Origin: the human T2T-CHM13v2.0 reference genome, Homo sapiens | Strand: one strand, 5' to 3' | Length of the DNA stretch: 64,000 nt | Assembly: GCF_009914755.1 (NCBI RefSeq) | Contig: NC_060934.1 | In this document: in pieces, positions 58,986 to 64,000 of the stretch | Numbering within the stretch: position 1 is the first letter of the stretch | How the letters are laid out: each line of letters opens with the position of its first letter | Translations under genes and position numbers: made by a program | Notes under the pieces: generated by a model | Told to the model about the DNA's origin: nothing | Seen by the model: only the letters and a program-made list of their open reading frames with translations | The model's database searches: none

Positions 58986-61229
58986 TCAGACGGACTTAGT
59001 GATGGCAACGATGGGCCATGCAGAGTGGCCACTGCCATCCCACTGACTACAGGGAGGAGGCGCCAGCAGCGGCAGCAGGAGCGCCTGCAGGAACAGTAGA
59101 GCCGCAATGGGACCCCTGTGCCCTGCATCCCCCATGCCCCGTGTCCCCGAGGCAGCCAACTGTGCTGCCCCCACACCCTCATGGCTGGGCTGGACCCTCC
59201 TCCAGGTCCAGAGCCTCCACTGCTTCAGACCCTGGCCCTGTGTCGCCGCTCTGGCCTCCCACCACTGCCGTGAGGGCCTAGGGAGGAGGCAGGCAGGCCC
59301 CAAAGCCCGCCCCTGGAAGACCCCAGAGCCCAGGGCCCTGGGGGCTGCTGTGATGTGGCTGGCCCAAGTTGCCCACCGTTGAGGGAGAAGCGTGATCAGG
59401 CACAGAGAGGCAGGCAGAGAGGGGTACCGAGGTGGAGCTGGTCCCTGGAAGGTGCAGTGCTTTCACATGGAGTGCAGGGGCCCCTGGACGGTGGAGCTGG
59501 GGCCACGCTTCGGGGACCTGGGGCAGGAAGGGGGAGGGGGACCCAGTTTGGGAACTCGGCCAGCAGCACAACCACCATGCCCACCCCGATGGTGTTCAGT
59601 TCTTGTGCCTTGGGAGAAGGCTCTGTGCTGGCTGCCTAGGAATGCCACCCCTCTGAGCCTGACCCTCCTGGCAGCTGGGACCGGGGCCTGCTATCCACTC
59701 CCAGAGATACCCTCTGCGGCTAGGCAAGGCTGCAAGCTGGGTGAGGGGGAGTCCCCGGCCTCCCTGAATGCCGGGGCCACAGGAAGAGCTTGTGGAGACT
59801 CACCCCTGCCTCAGAGGCCAGCCCAGGCCCAGCGAGAATCTGGAACCCCCACCTCAGGCTGCAAGGGGATGTGGCTGGGGCTGCCTGCAGGCTCCGTGGA
59901 ACGGGCAAGAGTCCTGCCCTCCCAGGTGCAGGACCCAGGCGTCTCTGCACTCTGCACTCTTGGGGGGCAGGAAGGAACCCCTTTCCCCTGCAGGCTCAAG
60001 GGTGTCTGCTCCCACTGCCTGGTTCTCCCTGCTCCTTGTGCCTGGTCTGATCTCAGAGCAGGGTTGGGGCCAAGCCCAGGTGCTGTCACAACCTGGCCGG
60101 TTGCGTATGCGTGAGGCAGCACTGACATGCCATAAGGGCAGCTCAGCACTGGCCTACAGGTGCCCCTTGGCACAGCAGCCTGGGCACCATAGATGGCAAC
60201 AGGAGACAGGTTCCTGGGTGGAAAGGGGCGGGTCCCCAGTGAGGCCCCACTTTCAGGCCACAGAGGGCCTGAAAGCTAAGGGCTAGGCTGCCAGTCCTGC
60301 TGAGCAGAGTGGGAACTTGTGGTGCCTTTTCTGGGCCCACCCATGGCTGCCATAGACCAATCAGTGCACACTTTCTCCCCTCTGAGGCCCATAATGGCCC
60401 CAGGCTCAGCCAGAGCAGAGGAGAGGATGGGATGACCAGCTGCAGAGAGGAACTATCCTCTCCACTGAGAACTGAACACTTGGGAGGTCCTGCCTGCATA
60501 GAGGAGCTACTCTCTCTGCTAGGAGCTGAACACTGGTCAGGACACCCTGGCTATGGAAAGGAGCTACCCCTGTGGGTCTCCTATGAGCTATTTTATTGCT
60601 CAATAAAGCTCTCCTTCATTTTGCTCTCCCTCCACTTGTCTGCATACCTCATTCTTCCTGGTCATAGGACAAGATCTTGGGACCTGCTGAATGGTGAGGC
60701 TAAAAGAGCTATAACACAAACAGGGCTGAAACATGCCCCTTGCTCACCACATTGTGGGTAAAGAGAAGGAGAGAAGAGCTGTGGCCCTTTGGGGAACCCA
60801 GATCTGGGAGCTCCCTGAGCCAGGGCTGTGACTTCCTCTTTGGGGCCCTGCAGTTTCTGGCATCTCCAAGCTTCCGGGTATCACCGTGTTTCCTGAGGCC
60901 AGCTGTGGAAGCTCCTTGGGGTGTGTCTGGTCCAGCCGCAGTCTTGCAGAGGGTCAGTGCCCATGCCAGAACCTGGAGCTCCTCACCCCACTGCAGCAGC
61001 TGGTGTGTCTGCGCAGTGGCCAGACCCCATGCTCACATACCCCTCACCACTCCACACCTGATTTGCCCTTGGCAGGAATGGGAACCAGGCTGGTAGCATG
61101 AGCTAAGCTCAGCCTGCCAGGCTGAGTGCGTGGAATGAGCCCAGTGGGCCTGAGCAAAACTCAGGCAAAGACACCACTGGACACAGAGGTTTCTGGCCAG
61201 AAAAGCAACACCCCAAAGATCCCATAACA
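58986..61229 (+). mobile_element. MER52-family (ERV1) solo LTR, long form (MER52D-like)
   Basis: GC-rich 2.2-kb block; start ..gacggacttagtgatggca..; CCAAT at ~60357, AATAAA 60602-60607; end gaggtttctggccag...aagatcccataaca; flanks tgag / ttag. Confidence 0.82.
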
Positions 61230-61244
61230 TTAGCATCTCTTTTA

Positions 61245-62185
61245 GTTCTGTTTACATATTGCTGTGTAACAAACTATCCCAAAATTCAGTGGCTTGAAAT
61301 GACAACCATGTTATTATATTTCACGATTTTGTGGGTCAAGAACTTGACAGGGCTGAAATGGCTGATTCCTTATACAATGCAAGAACATTAGGTGATATTT
61401 GGAGGCTGAGCAGTGTTAAAGAAAAAAGCTTCAGACATAATAAATTTAACATAATTTATTTGAGTAAATAAATATTCATGAATTGAGCAGCACTTCACAC
61501 CAGAAGAGGTTCAGAGAGCTCCTCCCAGCAGTGTGAGCTGTGAGCTTTCATAAGAACATGAAAGTGAAGTAAAGAAATCACCTGACTGGCTACAGGCAGG
61601 CATCTGCTTAATTATCTGAGCATAGTGTAATGAGGCATTGGCCTTATTTGGGTGTGGGTCTGATCAGTTGGCTGCCTGTAATTGGCTGAAACGTGGCTGT
61701 TTGTGTTTAACTGAAACCCAGATATTTGTTACAAAAAATATACTCAAGTTATGTTTTGATTTGTTTGCTTAACTAAGTTAGGTTAGTTTGTTATGTAGGA
61801 ACTTAAAGTACAGAGGCAGCCTCTGGCTATTTAACAGCAGGTTTAAGAGTCTAACATGGGTCACTTAAAAGCTGGGCACATTGATGGGGATTGCCGAAAG
61901 GCAGGGCTCAGATGGATCCCTCTCTTTCTCCATGTAATCTCAAGGGCTTTCCACATGGTCTTTCCAGGAGGATAATAGGGCTTTGTACATGGCAGCTTAG
62001 GGCTCCAGGAGAACAAGGCAGAAACCTACCAGGCCTCTTAAAACTAGACTCTGAATGATATAGTGAAACTTCTTTTGGACTCAAAGCCACAATCCACCCC
62101 AGATTCAGGTAGAGGTAAATAGACCCCACCTTGCAATGTGAGGAGAGTCAAAAGAATTTATGGTCACTTTGAATCCACCACCACA
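61245..62185 (-). mobile_element. MLT1 LTR split by a younger LTR
   Basis: attgctgtgtaacaaactatcccaaaattcagtggctt on the left; tctctccatg..ctccaggag..gaccccaccttg on the right. Confidence 0.65.
61414..61836 (-). mobile_element. ERV1 (MER4-group) solo LTR, subfamily uncertain
   Basis: Inverted termini TGTTAAA...TTTAACA; perfect 4-bp TSD GCAG (61410-61413 and 61837-61840); minus-strand polyA and CCAAT motifs. Confidence 0.8.
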
Positions 62186-63459
62186 TTCTAAATTTTACAT
62201 AAATGTTGTCTGTACTTACGTTATTACTGTATAATTATTTATTTACATGTCACACTGTGAGCTCTTTGAAGACCAAAAACTTTGCCTTACTCATCTTTGT
62301 ATTCCAGCACCCAGAACTGTACATAGTTTTGTTGCATTAATCATGTTGCTATTCCTTACTCTTTTAGGACAAATGGCTGCTTCAGAAGACTCCAGTATAA
62401 TAGCAGGGCCAGGCAGTATTTGTAGAATACCTGGGAGTTTTCTCCAGTTCTACATACTAGTGAGAACTCTTCCATTTTGTTCTGTGATAATTTTTTCTCT
62501 AAATGTTTCTTTTAGGGACTATAGCCAGTAATATGTTTCCTGTCATCTTCTTCCCAATGACTCCAGGAAAAAATGTTGGAAAGGCAAGGTGAGAGATTAG
62601 ATTCTTCACCTTTTGTTACTGATTAGCAAAATTGAGCCTGGAAATCAGTAGAGAAAGGACGTTTTTAACAACAGGCAAATGAGGAGCTAGCTTTAAAAGA
62701 AAACAAATCTCGTAACTTAAATATAATACATTTTGGAAGAAAAACTGGTTGATGGATAATTCATCACTCAGAAATTGCCAGATGATATGTATGGGTTGAC
62801 GGATATTCTTTTACTTCATATATTAACTCTAACCTTGCTCAAAGCATTTAAATTCCTGTTTCCTCATCCATAAATTATACATATATATTAATCTAAAAGG
62901 TAATTATAGTTTTTATGTTTCCATGGCTAATAGTAGAGAAACACACTCTAGTTTTAGAAGACATTTTCAAAATAGTCAAGGATGCTTTTGATTGCAGATT
63001 AAATGACTATCCCCCACTCGCTACCTCCTTCATTTCAACATAAAGATACTATTTAGTACTGAAAATTAGACAGAATTTTTTCTACTAAAACTAATTTCTT
63101 ATTTCCCAAACTTGATTAACCATAAGTTTTACCTCAAAATATAAATTCATAAGGAAATCTCCAGAGGGAGAAACCTAAGAATTATCCAAGGGTGATTCTT
63201 ATAATCAGGCAAATTTCAAAAACAGTCATAAAACCCAATACCCCTGAGTTAATCTAAGAAAATTGCTAAGTTATTTAGTTAGAAAAAAATTCTAGATTAT
63301 TGAATTTAGAAAGAAGAATTTCTAAATTTTTAAGAAATTGTTCTGAAATATTTTTCACAAGGAGAATCAGACTGATTTGAAGAAATAATCAAATGCGTTT
63401 ATTTCTCATGAGAATTTAACATATATGGAAAAGGGCTGAAGAGGTCGTCTCCATCCCCC

Positions 63460-63822
63460 GTGTCATGAACTAAATGCTTGTGCCTCCGATTCATATTTTG
63501 AAGTCCTAACCCCAAATAAGATGGTATTTGGCTGGCCTTTGGAAAGGAATCAAATTTAAATGAGGGTATGAGACTGTGGCCCCATGAGAGGATTACTGTC
63601 CTCATGAGAAGAGGAAGAGACACCAGAGCTCCCTATTTTTCCAACATGTGAGGACACTGCAAAAAGATGGCCGTGTGCAAGACAGAAAGTTGCCTTCACA
63701 ACAAACAGAATCTGCTGGCACCTGCATCTTGGACTTTACTGCCTCCAGAACTGTCTACTGTTTAACCACCCAGTCTATGGTATTTTTTTATATCAGCTAA
63801 GCTGACATCAGCTAAGCTGACA
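63460..63822 (+). mobile_element. MLT1A/B-like LTR
   Basis: gaagtcctaacccc...atgtgaggacac...gaatctgctggcacc..atcttggactt..gcctccagaactgt. Confidence 0.75.
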
Positions 63823-64000
63823 TTTATTTATAGATAATAAAACTCAGGCCCAGTTTTTTCTATTTCTATTATTTTTATTATTATTAAAACTCCTTAAATA
63901 GACTTCTTTACAAGGGAGAAATCATCACTAATCCATCACGCCCGTCCATATTTCTACATAGATACCTTTTATCTACTTATATTATTCCTGCATACTGATT

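Noticed and set aside
58958-61236. Dense cluster of 60-240 aa ORFs resembling a GC-rich foreign insert or gene
   Set aside because: Explained by a MER52 LTR (termini, CCAAT, polyA signal); low stop-codon frequency reflects GC content

Overview
Primate DNA, almost certainly human, from the PRKG1-DKK1 locus (10q21.1; recognised from the encoded proteins, not from a database search). The + strand carries the last four coding exons and ~4.4-kb 3'UTR of PRKG1 (cGMP-dependent protein kinase I). About 16 kb further on is the complete four-exon DKK1 gene (266 aa, Wnt antagonist), with a TATA/CpG-rich promoter containing TCF/LEF, CRE and p53-type sites. The antisense lncRNA PRKG1-AS1 probably spans the interval between them. 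The rest (~32-64 kb) is intergenic and repeat-rich: many Alus, a near-full-length Tigger1, L1/L2/MIR/MER/MLT fragments and a ~2.2-kb GC-rich MER52 solo LTR. Almost all ORF-track entries outside PRKG1, DKK1, L1 and Tigger1 look like noise. I found no convincing new protein-coding system. The best leads are: (i) a triplicated 15-bp target site where an Alu and a twin-primed L1PA3 used the same nick; (ii) an old ~140-bp duplication just 3' of DKK1 whose copies carry different TEAD versus TCF motifs beside an AP-1 cluster; (iii) an orphan CpG-rich element 5.5 kb upstream of DKK1 with a palindromic TCF pair; (iv) candidate antisense splice and polyA signals inside the PRKG1 3'UTR. Repeat subfamily names are from memory of consensus sequences, and boundaries of old repeats are approximate.
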